Position numbers and translations under genes: made by a program | Origin: Ignisphaera sp. | Lineage (GTDB): Archaea > Thermoproteota > Thermoprotei_A > Sulfolobales > Ignisphaeraceae | Direction: 5' to 3' | DNA: 64,000 bases | Assembly (NCBI GenBank): GCA_038821645.1 | Contig: JAWBDT010000004.1 | Location: 46,927 to 110,926, forward strand | Shown here: positions 9,062 through 18,582 of the stretch, piece by piece | Position numbering within the stretch: position 1 is the stretch's first letter | Layout of the letters: every line of letters starts with the position of its first letter | Notes under the pieces: model-generated | Database searches by the model: none | Told to the model about the DNA's origin: nothing | Seen by the model: only the letters and a program-made list of their open reading frames with translations

Positions 9062-9673
9062 CTATAGAGATATACAGTTACTTATATAATTTTTTCTATT
9101 GAGTTTTTCTAGAGCTTGTCTATATCCTGCAGTTAATGCAAATCTATTTGTTTTACCCAAGATATGCTCAACAACATCTTCAACAATCTCTATTGGTATT
9201 ATGCTCGATATCTCTTGAAAAGCTAAAAGTGCTCCAAGCATGATCATGTTAATTGTTCTTGTATCACCTATCTCATTGATGATATCTTGTGTATCTATAG
9301 TTAAAATATTTATTGGTGATTTAGAGAGAACATCTAGTATCTGTTTTTTTGTAGGTATATTCTCTACACCTGGTGGAGGTAGATATAGATCGCTTAAGAT
9401 CATCCAGCCGCATTTCTTGAGATAACGAATAGCTCTAAGAGCCTCAATCATTTCGAGAGCAACAACATAATCTGCTGATGCTATAGGTATGAGTGGAGCC
9501 TCTATATCGCCTATCCTAACAAAAACCTCTACTGATCCTCCTCTCTGTGCCATTCCATGGGTTTCAGCAATCTTAATGTTTACACCTAGCTTAGTACATG
9601 CATCACCTATAACAATACCCATAGTTATTATTCCTTGTCCACCTACTCCAGATAATACGATATCTATCTTCAT
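9062..9673 (-). CDS. iorB: Indolepyruvate ferredoxin oxidoreductase beta subunit
   Basis: GVGGQG, ETHGMAQRGGSV, NMIMLG; coupled to iorA. Confidence 0.93.
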   Translation of the reverse strand: MKIDIVLSGVGGQGIITMGIVIGDACTKLGVNIKIAETHGMAQRGGSVEVFVRIGDIEAPLIPIASADYVVALEMIEALRAIRYLKKCGWMILSDLYLPPPGVENIPTKKQILDVLSKSPINILTIDTQDIINEIGDTRTINMIMLGALLAFQEISSIIPIEIVEDVVEHILGKTNRFALTAGYRQALEKLNRKNYISNCISL

Positions 9674-11526
9674 TCCTTCTTCACCATAGCTTTAACAGGA
9701 CATATCTGTGCACATATGCCACATCCACGACATAGAGATTCAACTATATATGGTTTAGTATCTCCTAAAACAATAGCTGGACAAGCAAGCGATTTTACAC
9801 ACAATAGACATCCAATGCATTTATTTGAATCTATAGTATAGCGATTCTTTATGAGACCTAACCGTAGTGCAAGTAATGAACATATTCTTCTTGAAACTAG
9901 TAAAGCTACACCTCCATCCATGACAATTCTAAGACCTTTCACTAGAGTTTCTATAGCTTTGGTTATATCGTATGGATCGAATACATCAACATAGTCTACA
10001 CCAGTAGCTTTAGCTATTTCCTCTATACTGATTTTTCTTCCCTGAAGACCTCTAGCAGTTACACCTGTACCTGGATGAGGTTGAAAACCAGTCATAGCTG
10101 TTGTCTCGTTATCTAGAACTAATATAAGCATTGGGGATCTATTGTACACAGCATTTATCATAGGTGCTACACCTGCATGAAAGAATGTAGAATCTCCAAG
10201 TATTGCTACAACAGGTCTATCTCTAACGGTATGGGAAAACCCATTGGCTAGACCTATACTTCCACCCATATTTATTATTGTGTCTTGCATTCTATATGGA
10301 GGTGCTATTCCTAGGCTATAGCATCCTATGTCTCCAGTATAAATGGGGTCTACACCAAGTTTTCTAGAGGCAAGTTTTAAAGCATAGAATGTAGCTCTAT
10401 GAGGACAACCAGGACAGAGTACTGGAGGTCTAGGTGGAATCTCAATGTGTATCTCGATGGGTTTCGGTGGACTCCATTCGAGACCGCATAGCTTAGCTAT
10501 AGCTTGAGCTACTCTATCTATTGTTAACTCACCTATCCTACCGATTAGATCTTCTCCGTGAATCTCCACATGGATATCCATATCGAACAATATGTTCTTC
10601 AGCTGCATCTCGACTATAGGATCTGTCTCTTCCACCACTAGAATCTTCTCAACACCTTCAACAGCTTTTGCAACCAGCTTATTTGGTAGAGGTACAGGTG
10701 TTGAAATCTTCAGAATCCTTGCCTTTACTTTAAGAAGCTTCAATGCGTCTCTTGAGTAAGCATAACCTACACCAGAAGCAACAACAAGAAGTTTTCCATC
10801 ACCTTCAATTCTATTGTATTGAATATCAGCTAACACCTCGGCAAGCTCTCTCCATTTCCTAACCAACTCTATCTTCATCTTTCTTGCATGAGCTGGTATT
10901 ACAGCCCATCTCTCTGGTTCTCGTGGAAATGATCCTGAAACTCGAGGAGTTCTTAGAGAGCCAAGTTTTACTGGAGCTCTAGTGTGGCTGACTCTAGTTA
11001 CAGATCTAAGAATAAATGGATGAAGAAACTTTTCCGAAAGCTCTAGACCTAGATACGTAAGCTCTTTAGCTTCTTGAGGATCAGAAGGCTCTAGAACAGG
11101 TATATATGCATGAAGACCATACCATCTATTGTCTTGCTCATTTTGACTACTATGCATATAAGGATCATCAGCTGAAACTATCAGAAAACCAGCTTTAACC
11201 CCAGTATATGCGCTAGACATAAGAGGATCAGAAGCTACATTAAGACCTACGTGTTTCATAGCTGTTAAACTTGGGACACCACTCATAGCAGCAGCATACG
11301 CTAACTCAAAAGCTGTTTTCTCATTTATGCTCCACTCAACATAGATACCCAACTCATTAGCTACTTCAGCAAGAGTACCTATAATTTCACTTGATGGTGT
11401 ACCTGGATATGCTGCAGCTACACCTATGCCATACTCTATAGCACCTCTAGCTATAGCCTCATTACCTAGAAGAAAAACAGTAGTGCCAGACTCACCTAAA
11501 ATCCTATGGACATGTTTAGCCATCAA
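9670..11526 (-). CDS. iorA: Indolepyruvate ferredoxin oxidoreductase alpha subunit
   Basis: LLGNEAIARG, YPGTPSSE, KHVGLN, LCPGCPHR, GDIGC, GDSTFFH, two C-terminal 4Fe-4S motifs. Confidence 0.95.
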   Translation of the reverse strand: MMAKHVHRILGESGTTVFLLGNEAIARGAIEYGIGVAAAYPGTPSSEIIGTLAEVANELGIYVEWSINEKTAFELAYAAAMSGVPSLTAMKHVGLNVASDPLMSSAYTGVKAGFLIVSADDPYMHSSQNEQDNRWYGLHAYIPVLEPSDPQEAKELTYLGLELSEKFLHPFILRSVTRVSHTRAPVKLGSLRTPRVSGSFPREPERWAVIPAHARKMKIELVRKWRELAEVLADIQYNRIEGDGKLLVVASGVGYAYSRDALKLLKVKARILKISTPVPLPNKLVAKAVEGVEKILVVEETDPIVEMQLKNILFDMDIHVEIHGEDLIGRIGELTIDRVAQAIAKLCGLEWSPPKPIEIHIEIPPRPPVLCPGCPHRATFYALKLASRKLGVDPIYTGDIGCYSLGIAPPYRMQDTIINMGGSIGLANGFSHTVRDRPVVAILGDSTFFHAGVAPMINAVYNRSPMLILVLDNETTAMTGFQPHPGTGVTARGLQGRKISIEEIAKATGVDYVDVFDPYDITKAIETLVKGLRIVMDGGVALLVSRRICSLLALRLGLIKNRYTIDSNKCIGCLLCVKSLACPAIVLGDTKPYIVESLCRGCGICAQICPVKAMVKKE

Positions 11527-12827
11527 ATAGACCTCTTATCTATAACAACCTTGGGCTTTCCATCAAATCTAGGTAGAGAACCAGGCTCAACAATCCTAAC
11601 TATAGGTGTAACTATTATTGTTTCCCTCAAATCTCTCTGAAGCTTTTTCTCTAAAGCTTCTCTCTCACTATCGCTCAACTTCTTTATAGCTTCTACAATC
11701 ACAGTCATTTTATCTAGAGCATCTTCTCTTTCAAGAACTATTTGGTAAAATGGTGCGATCATTGGCTCTCTCAAAATGACTTCCTCTATTGCTGATGGCC
11801 ATATGTTTACTCCGTTTATTATGAACATGTCGTCTGTTCTTCCTTGTATTCTATCTATTTTTATATGTGTTCTTCCACAGCTACATGTTTTTGTGTCTAG
11901 TATTCTTGTTATATCTCTTGTTCTATATCTTATCAATGGTACTGCATCTTTAGTTAATGTTGTTACCACTAGTTCTCCTTTTTCTTCTGGTTCTAAAGGT
12001 TCACCTGTTTTAGGATCAATAACCTCAATCAAGTAATGATCCTCCCAAACATGAAGACCTGATTTAAATAGACATTCACATGCAACTCCAGGTCCATAGA
12101 GTTCACTCATACCATACATATCATAGGCATCCATTTCCCAAACCTTCTCTATTCTTGCTCTCATTTCTTCACTCCAAGGAGCTGCACCAAACATTCCTTT
12201 TCTTACTTTTGTGTCTTTTGCAGGATCTATACCCATTTCATATGCAACTTCAGCAAGCCTAAGAGCGTAGTTCGGTACAGAAGTGAGCATGGTTACTCCT
12301 AGATCCTTTATCATCATTATTTGGCGTTGCGAATAACCTACACCTGCTGGTATAGCTGTAGCACCAATCTTTATAGCGCCATAGTGAAAACCTAGTCCTC
12401 CAGTAAACATATGGTAGTTGTATGCTATAAACACAACATCGTGTTTCGTTACATTTATAGCCGTTAAACTTCTAGCCATCAAATCACTCCAATTCTCTAA
12501 ATCTTTTCTTGTGTAGAATGAGAGTGTAGGCTTACCTGTCGTTCCACTACTTCCATGAACTTCAACAACCTCAGATAAATCAACCATCAATATACCGTAA
12601 GGATAGTTCTCTCTTAGATCATCTTTTGTTGTAAATGGTAGCTTCTTTAAATCGTCGAGAGACTTTATATCATCTGGAGAAACACCCAACTCCTTCATCT
12701 TCCTACGATAGTAGTAACTTCCTTCATACATTCTAATTAACTGGTTCTTCAATCTCTTTAGCTGTAGTTCTTTTAGGTCACTACGCTGGATACGTTCTAG
12801 ACTAGGGTTCCACATAGGGATATCCAT
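11523..12827 (-). CDS. paaK: Phenylacetate-CoA ligase family (copy 2)
   Basis: HGSSGTTGKP, YGMSE, PLIRYRTRD, GRTDDM; translationally coupled to iorA. Confidence 0.92.
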   Translation of the reverse strand: MDIPMWNPSLERIQRSDLKELQLKRLKNQLIRMYEGSYYYRRKMKELGVSPDDIKSLDDLKKLPFTTKDDLRENYPYGILMVDLSEVVEVHGSSGTTGKPTLSFYTRKDLENWSDLMARSLTAINVTKHDVVFIAYNYHMFTGGLGFHYGAIKIGATAIPAGVGYSQRQIMMIKDLGVTMLTSVPNYALRLAEVAYEMGIDPAKDTKVRKGMFGAAPWSEEMRARIEKVWEMDAYDMYGMSELYGPGVACECLFKSGLHVWEDHYLIEVIDPKTGEPLEPEEKGELVVTTLTKDAVPLIRYRTRDITRILDTKTCSCGRTHIKIDRIQGRTDDMFIINGVNIWPSAIEEVILREPMIAPFYQIVLEREDALDKMTVIVEAIKKLSDSEREALEKKLQRDLRETIIVTPIVRIVEPGSLPRFDGKPKVVIDKRSI

Positions 12828-13188
12828 ATAGAATCACCTTTAAGAGAAGAGATCTATATAGAATTCAGCAAATGTGACACATATGTGGTGAAACTCTCTA
12901 GAGGAGGTTTCAATTTTTTTCTTCAACACAACTTTTGTTGATTTACTTTCGTGTAATTCATTTATATTTGTTCTTATTTGAACAATAATTAACACCAAAA
13001 ACTTACATTATGTTTAAAGGGGTTTAAAAGGTTTATTTCTGTAAACACTTGTTGATTAAGAATATTATATCACAAATAATCTGCATAAGGTCAAGAAATT
13101 GATATATTTAGCGATACAAAATTTTGCAAACTTAAGAAGTAGCTACATAGTCATATACTTTAACAACTCTAAAAGTATTCATCTTCAG

Positions 13189-14565
13189 CTATGAGGTTTC
13201 ATCTATACTGCATAAATAGTTAGATATTTCCTCTAAACATTCATCTACTTCATTGTTATCGAGTATAAAGGACTTCATTCCTCTCCTCCATATGTAGAGT
13301 TTATAGTTTTGTTTGTTCTCTGTAGAAATAAACTTCATAACTATATCGGATAGAACTGAAAATATGTTGCTTAATTCATCATTGATTTTAGATGCAATTC
13401 TAACAACAATCTTGTGTTTTTGTTTAAGTATATTTATTTGATTGTATAGAGATGAGATATAAACTGGATTACGATACTCAATAATAGCTGGTATCTCTAC
13501 AGAATGAAATATAATAACATCGGCTGCAGCTTCATCTATTAGGCTATACTCTTTAGCGAGACCTTCTGAAATACTGTAGGCATATGGATTCATGCTCTTG
13601 AGAATAACGTTCTTTTGTAAGATGGTCTTCACTTTATCTACATTACTACAAAATCTCCTAAAAACTCTTAGCAGTAGTTCAGTCATTGTTTCAGGAGAGT
13701 AGAGGTAGCTTATGATCAAGGTTTTTAGGTTGTTTCTAAAAGCAATTCCAAGTATGAGTGGTGCCGCTTCTACAGCTCTTAGATCTGCTGGATACTCAAT
13801 ATATATGCTATGTCCCCTATGTATATGGTCTAGAGTTTCTTTAAGTGATCTACAGGGAGGCTCGAGTTCTACTCCTGGTCTACCTACTTCAGAAAGTATG
13901 GGAGGTACAAATACCTTTACTCCATCACTTGACGATATTGTGTAAGGTATTTCTGCTAAAGTTATGGGTACTCCTCTAGCTTTTCTAACCTCTATATATC
14001 TAGTGAGTAAGCCTCGCTCAATTCTGTGTTTAAGAATTAGAACAGCATCTGCTACAAACTCTATAGAGCCAATATCAACTCTTTCTATATCTATAGGAAG
14101 TTCAGCAACAAGGATAGTAACACCTTTTATTATATCAGGAATAGCATAGAAATAGTTCTGTAGCCATGCTCTTCTATCAGGAGATTCTACAACCTGTAGC
14201 AAAGTATTTATAGAGTCTATTACAACAATTTTCGGATTCCAACTAGATATAGCTTTGTTAATAGATTCTACAGCTTCTTCAACATTCTTTATAATAGGTA
14301 TTCTGATAAATATGTATAAACCTTTCTTTTCAAGGTCATAGAAATTCATACCAAGATTCTTCATAACTCTGTAAAGTTTTTCCTTAGTCTCTTGAAAAGA
14401 TACATATAAACATCTGTATCCTCTTAATGCGTTTGAGTAGCATATTGTTGATGCAAGTGTTGTTTTACCTGAACCAGGATGACCAGCAATAACAACCATA
14501 GAACCAGGGTAAAGTAGCTCTGGGAGAAGTTTATCAAGTTCATCAATACCTATCGAAAAGTGCAT
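13189..14565 (-). CDS. KaiC/RAD55-like ATPase with active N-terminal and degenerate C-terminal RecA domain
   Basis: GIDELD, GHPGSGKTT, VVIDS, EFVAD, EVRKARG; the second domain lacks a Walker A lysine. Confidence 0.88.
   Translation of the reverse strand: MHFSIGIDELDKLLPELLYPGSMVVIAGHPGSGKTTLASTICYSNALRGYRCLYVSFQETKEKLYRVMKNLGMNFYDLEKKGLYIFIRIPIIKNVEEAVESINKAISSWNPKIVVIDSINTLLQVVESPDRRAWLQNYFYAIPDIIKGVTILVAELPIDIERVDIGSIEFVADAVLILKHRIERGLLTRYIEVRKARGVPITLAEIPYTISSSDGVKVFVPPILSEVGRPGVELEPPCRSLKETLDHIHRGHSIYIEYPADLRAVEAAPLILGIAFRNNLKTLIISYLYSPETMTELLLRVFRRFCSNVDKVKTILQKNVILKSMNPYAYSISEGLAKEYSLIDEAAADVIIFHSVEIPAIIEYRNPVYISSLYNQINILKQKHKIVVRIASKINDELSNIFSVLSDIVMKFISTENKQNYKLYIWRRGMKSFILDNNEVDECLEEISNYLCSIDETS
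14419..14489. repeat. 71-bp perfect inverted repeat with 51895-51965, shared by the two KaiC-like genes
   Basis: Identical TTGCTGGTCATCC...TTAAGAGGA, inside an ~113-bp near-identical tract. Confidence 0.88.
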
Positions 14566-14889
14566 ATCGCTTAACCTTTTAGCTCTAAAAGAGAAGTTAG
14601 TGGTATTAGACCATTTAAATCTATATCATGGTAAATAGATACGACATTGGAAAAACAATAATTATCAAGACTCAACATAAATCTGTAACAAATGTTTAAC
14701 CTAGTGTATAAACCTATTGATGCTCTGTTTCTGTATAAGCAGAATAAATAGTCTGTATCAGTAAAACTTAAGAAACTCTCTGATAGCTAAAGTGAAAACA
14801 GCTACAATACGCAATTGATGTATAATCACCTAATATAATTGAATAAAAAGTATTCATAAATTAAAGACAGATCTACACTATTAAACAGT

Positions 14890-14967
14890 TCAGCTACTTT
14901 TCTGCCTCCTACCACACCCTCTTCTACTCTTTTTTGTTTCCTCTTTCTTTTCTACATCTCCACTCAT
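14890..14967 (-). CDS. Putative 25-aa charged micro-protein
   Basis: MSGDVEKKEETKKSRRGCGRRQKSS*, with GGTGA SD at 14981-14977 and TATA-like TTATATA near 15012-15006. Confidence 0.45.
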   Translation of the reverse strand: MSGDVEKKEETKKSRRGCGRRQKSS

Positions 14968-15144
14968 GTTTACAAATCACCAAGATAATGATTAATGTGT
15001 TAAACTATATAAGCTGAGAGGTCTAAGTACAGTTAATTAGTTTATGGGAAACGGTTGCAGTAATCTATATATAACTATAGTAACAGTCTGGTTTAGAGTG
15101 CTACATAGCCATCAACACAACAATAAGTACTCTGGTGTATAGCA

Positions 15145-16131
15145 TTGACTAAAGCTATAGAGGTTAGAGACGTTATCAAGAGGTATAGAGTTAAAAAGAG
15201 ATTAGGGATTTTTAAGTCTATTACAGAATTCATTGATGCTTTAAAGGGGGTGAGCTTTACTGTAGACTATGGCGAGGTTGTGGGTCTTCTAGGACCTAAC
15301 GGAGCTGGTAAAACAACAACAATAAAAATCTTATCGACACTCCTTCTTCCAGATGGTGGTGAAGCTTATGTAGCTGGCTATAATGTTGTTGAAGAGCAGA
15401 ACGAGGTTAGAAAGAGAATAGGCATAATGCTGTCGGTCGAGAAAGGATTTTATGGTAAATTGACTGGACGAGAAAATCTAGAATATTTTGCAGCACTTTA
15501 TGGACTAGATGGTAAGAGATCTAGAGAAAGAATAGATTATTTGTTGAAGCTTCTAGAGCTCGACAAACTTGGAGGCGATTATAAGCTCTTTGAAGAGTTT
15601 AGTTTAGGAATGAAGGCTAGATTAAGTTTAGCTAGAGCTCTTCTAAGTGATGCACCTATACTTCTTCTTGATGAACCTACACTAGGGTTAGATCCACCTA
15701 GTGCACGAAAGATAAGAGAGCTTGTTAAAGATCTGGCTCGTAGAGAGAACAAGGCTATTCTGTATACTACTCACAATATGTTTGAAGCTGAACTCGTATG
15801 TGACAAGATTCTCTTAATAAACAAGGGAAGAATAGTAGCTGATGGTACGCCACAAGAGCTTAAGTCTCGTATACCAAAGCTTAAGGTAATTACATTGAAT
15901 ATCAGAGGAGAAGGATCCATAGATAAAGTTCTAAAGGATCTAGAGGAAAAGTACGAGTTTAAGGAAGAGGATGGCATCTATGAAGTTAGAATTCATGTTC
16001 GTAGACCTGAAGAAGTATTTAACGAAACTGTTAGAAAGTTCATAAATAATGGTTTCGAGATTCTATCTGCTAGAATAGAAGAACCAACACTTGAAGATGT
16101 GTTTATATACTTTAGCGAGGGATCTAGTTGA
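15145..16131 (+). CDS. ABC exporter ATP-binding subunit (DrrA/ABC-2 type)
   Basis: GPNGAGKTT, FSLGMK, LLLDEPT, TTH, C-terminal PTLEDVF. Confidence 0.92.
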   Translation: MTKAIEVRDVIKRYRVKKRLGIFKSITEFIDALKGVSFTVDYGEVVGLLGPNGAGKTTTIKILSTLLLPDGGEAYVAGYNVVEEQNEVRKRIGIMLSVEKGFYGKLTGRENLEYFAALYGLDGKRSRERIDYLLKLLELDKLGGDYKLFEEFSLGMKARLSLARALLSDAPILLLDEPTLGLDPPSARKIRELVKDLARRENKAILYTTHNMFEAELVCDKILLINKGRIVADGTPQELKSRIPKLKVITLNIRGEGSIDKVLKDLEEKYEFKEEDGIYEVRIHVRRPEEVFNETVRKFINNGFEILSARIEEPTLEDVFIYFSEGSS

Positions 16132-16931
16132 GTTTCATAGTGTTGCTTAAAGCTGAATATATGCTTGTCTACAGCGAGATTATGAGAAGGAAATCAGCGT
16201 TAATGGCTATCATAATCTATCCATACCTTTTTGCAGGACTAACACTATTTGTAGGATTTTTTGCAGGATCTCCACAATCTTTTGTAGAAAGAGTTGGTAT
16301 AGATCCTATAGTATTTATGGTTACTGCAAGCTATATGATAATGGCTATAACAACTGGTGTAGATGATATACTTTGGAGACCATTGAGTGATTTGTGGATA
16401 GGTACGTTAATATATATCATTGCATCTCCTGTGAATAAGCTGAAGTTATTTATGGCTATGCCTATACCTAGACTAACTCTTCTCCTTATGATGGGTTTCA
16501 CAAGCATACTTCCTGTATATGTAGCTTTCTATGGTCTATACGGAATATCTCTAACAATAGTTGTTATTGCTCTTTCAGCTATCGGTGCTCTAGTTATGAC
16601 ACCTTTAGGTATAGCTATCTCTGGATTAATGCATATAGTTAGCGATAGTTGGAGAATTCTCAACATAGTTAGACCCTTGCTATTTGTGTTTCTAGGTGCA
16701 TACTATCCAAGAATGTTTATGCCTTTAGTACTTCGATTAATAAGCTACTCTATACCGTCTTCATATACAGTTGAATTAGTGCAGAGACTACTCATAGGTA
16801 TAGCTAGTACAGATGTTATTATTCTCCTTGGACTATCTATAGCTCTTGCAACAATATATGTACCTCTAGGTAGAAGGAGCATAAGGTATTGGGAGAAAAA
16901 GAAGGTGAAAGAAGGTGTTAAAGCTCATTAA
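16128..16931 (+). CDS. ABC-2 type permease
   Basis: About six TM segments, GAYYP motif, coupled to the ATPase. Confidence 0.82.
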   Translation: MSFIVLLKAEYMLVYSEIMRRKSALMAIIIYPYLFAGLTLFVGFFAGSPQSFVERVGIDPIVFMVTASYMIMAITTGVDDILWRPLSDLWIGTLIYIIASPVNKLKLFMAMPIPRLTLLLMMGFTSILPVYVAFYGLYGISLTIVVIALSAIGALVMTPLGIAISGLMHIVSDSWRILNIVRPLLFVFLGAYYPRMFMPLVLRLISYSIPSSYTVELVQRLLIGIASTDVIILLGLSIALATIYVPLGRRSIRYWEKKKVKEGVKAH

Positions 16932-17724
16932 GAGAGCCTATATGGTTTTCAAAGCCTATGCTGTTTCAGATCTACTTAGAAGCAAAGGATTTGTGTTTGG
17001 TCTCGTCAGTATGTCCATATGGTTTACGCTGTTCATTTCACCAATAATTCTATTCATTGACTCGAGCTTCAATCCTAGAATAGCCTCATCCTACAGTTTT
17101 ACAGCTATACTGATATTCTTATTCTATAGTGTAGCCACATGGGATTGGGCAGCAGAAGTAAGGTGGATGATAAATGATGGAAGACTTGAATACTATATAG
17201 CTAGCGGAAGCGGGTTTCTTTGTCACTACTTAGGGATAATGCCTATATCGTTTATATGGATAGCGATGGCTATGTCCATAAACTATCTACTACTAACAGT
17301 TATATGGGGACCTCCAGAACTGCAGATATCTGATTTAAGACTGTTTATCTATGGATTCATACTACTTACAACAAACCTAATATCTTATGCATTAGTACTT
17401 GGAGGAACAATGTTATCAAGTGGAGTAACAGGATTTGTAATGGAGATCATAGGCTTTATAACACCGATAGCTACTGGTGGACTCACACCGCTAATCAATC
17501 TACCGAAACCTATACAGACATTTGCATTAATGACACCATTCAGTTATCCAGCCGAAATTATAAGGTATATTCTTCTTAAGTCACCAACAGTAATGAGTAT
17601 ACATGAATTATGCATTAGAGGAACACTATACTCTTTAGCATTTCTAGCTATATCCATAATCTACTTTAGATACCAATTGAAAAAGATCATGCGTGAAGGT
17701 GTAAGGGTTACAACATTATGGTAG
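16915..17724 (+). CDS. ABC-2 type permease
   Basis: GRLEY, P..LPKPIQ..A..TPFSY, multiple TM segments. Confidence 0.82.
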   Translation: MLKLIKRAYMVFKAYAVSDLLRSKGFVFGLVSMSIWFTLFISPIILFIDSSFNPRIASSYSFTAILIFLFYSVATWDWAAEVRWMINDGRLEYYIASGSGFLCHYLGIMPISFIWIAMAMSINYLLLTVIWGPPELQISDLRLFIYGFILLTTNLISYALVLGGTMLSSGVTGFVMEIIGFITPIATGGLTPLINLPKPIQTFALMTPFSYPAEIIRYILLKSPTVMSIHELCIRGTLYSLAFLAISIIYFRYQLKKIMREGVRVTTLW

Positions 17725-17995
17725 TCCATAGTGATTCATTATCTCGATATAGAGAAACTCTGAATAGAGCGATTTACTCTATGAATCTTTCTCCAAACAG
17801 TATATAGATTTCTCTATATATAGATGAAGTCTCTAGCTGTTAGAATTAAACAAAATCATAGGTGTATTGATTATAAGAGCTATAGAGAGAATTACTCTAT
17901 GAGAAGAGCATTTAATGTTCTTATCTAGACTAACTTAATATTTATCATTATAACATAAAGTATTTGTTTTAGTAATTAAGATAGGTATTAAACAT

Positions 17996-18421
17996 ATGAG
18001 TTGGAGTAATGATGTGATAAAGCTTGTTATAGATAGAAAGTTGCTAGAAAATTTGGTAAAGCAGTGTGTAGATTATCCATTTGAGAAAGTGTTTATAGGT
18101 ATAGGGAAAGTAGAGGAAGGTGTATATAGTGTTGAGTATGTAAATGAGTGCAGAAATATAGCTCTAGAACCATTATCAAGATTTGTAGCTGATCCGCAAT
18201 GTATTCTCGATACATATCGTCTAGCTGAAGAAAGAGGTAAAGAGATAACAACATTAATACATAGTCATCCAGCTCCACCTAAACCAAGTTCTGAAGACAT
18301 AAAGGGTATGAGGTTGTGGAGAATTCCATGGATTATAATCAATAGTTATAGTGGAGAGTATAAAGCATGGATAATTCACAACGAATCTCTAGAGGAAGTC
18401 TATATAGAGTTTATACAATGA
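17996..18421 (+). CDS. JAMM/MPN+ (Mov34) metalloprotease, desampylase-like
   Basis: PFE...HSHP..P.PS..D JAMM motif. Confidence 0.9.
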   Translation: MSWSNDVIKLVIDRKLLENLVKQCVDYPFEKVFIGIGKVEEGVYSVEYVNECRNIALEPLSRFVADPQCILDTYRLAEERGKEITTLIHSHPAPPKPSSEDIKGMRLWRIPWIIINSYSGEYKAWIIHNESLEEVYIEFIQ

Positions 18422-18582
18422 CTATACCCTGTACTAGATAATCAGCAGAGCTTCTCAGACTATGATTAAGAGTATAGATGGTAGTGATATACTGTAGATA
18501 ACTGTTCAAGAACTTGTCAAGAATATGATTAAATCCAAGAGTTATTAATCTTAAACTTGAGGCAGTAAATTAGGAATCGATA

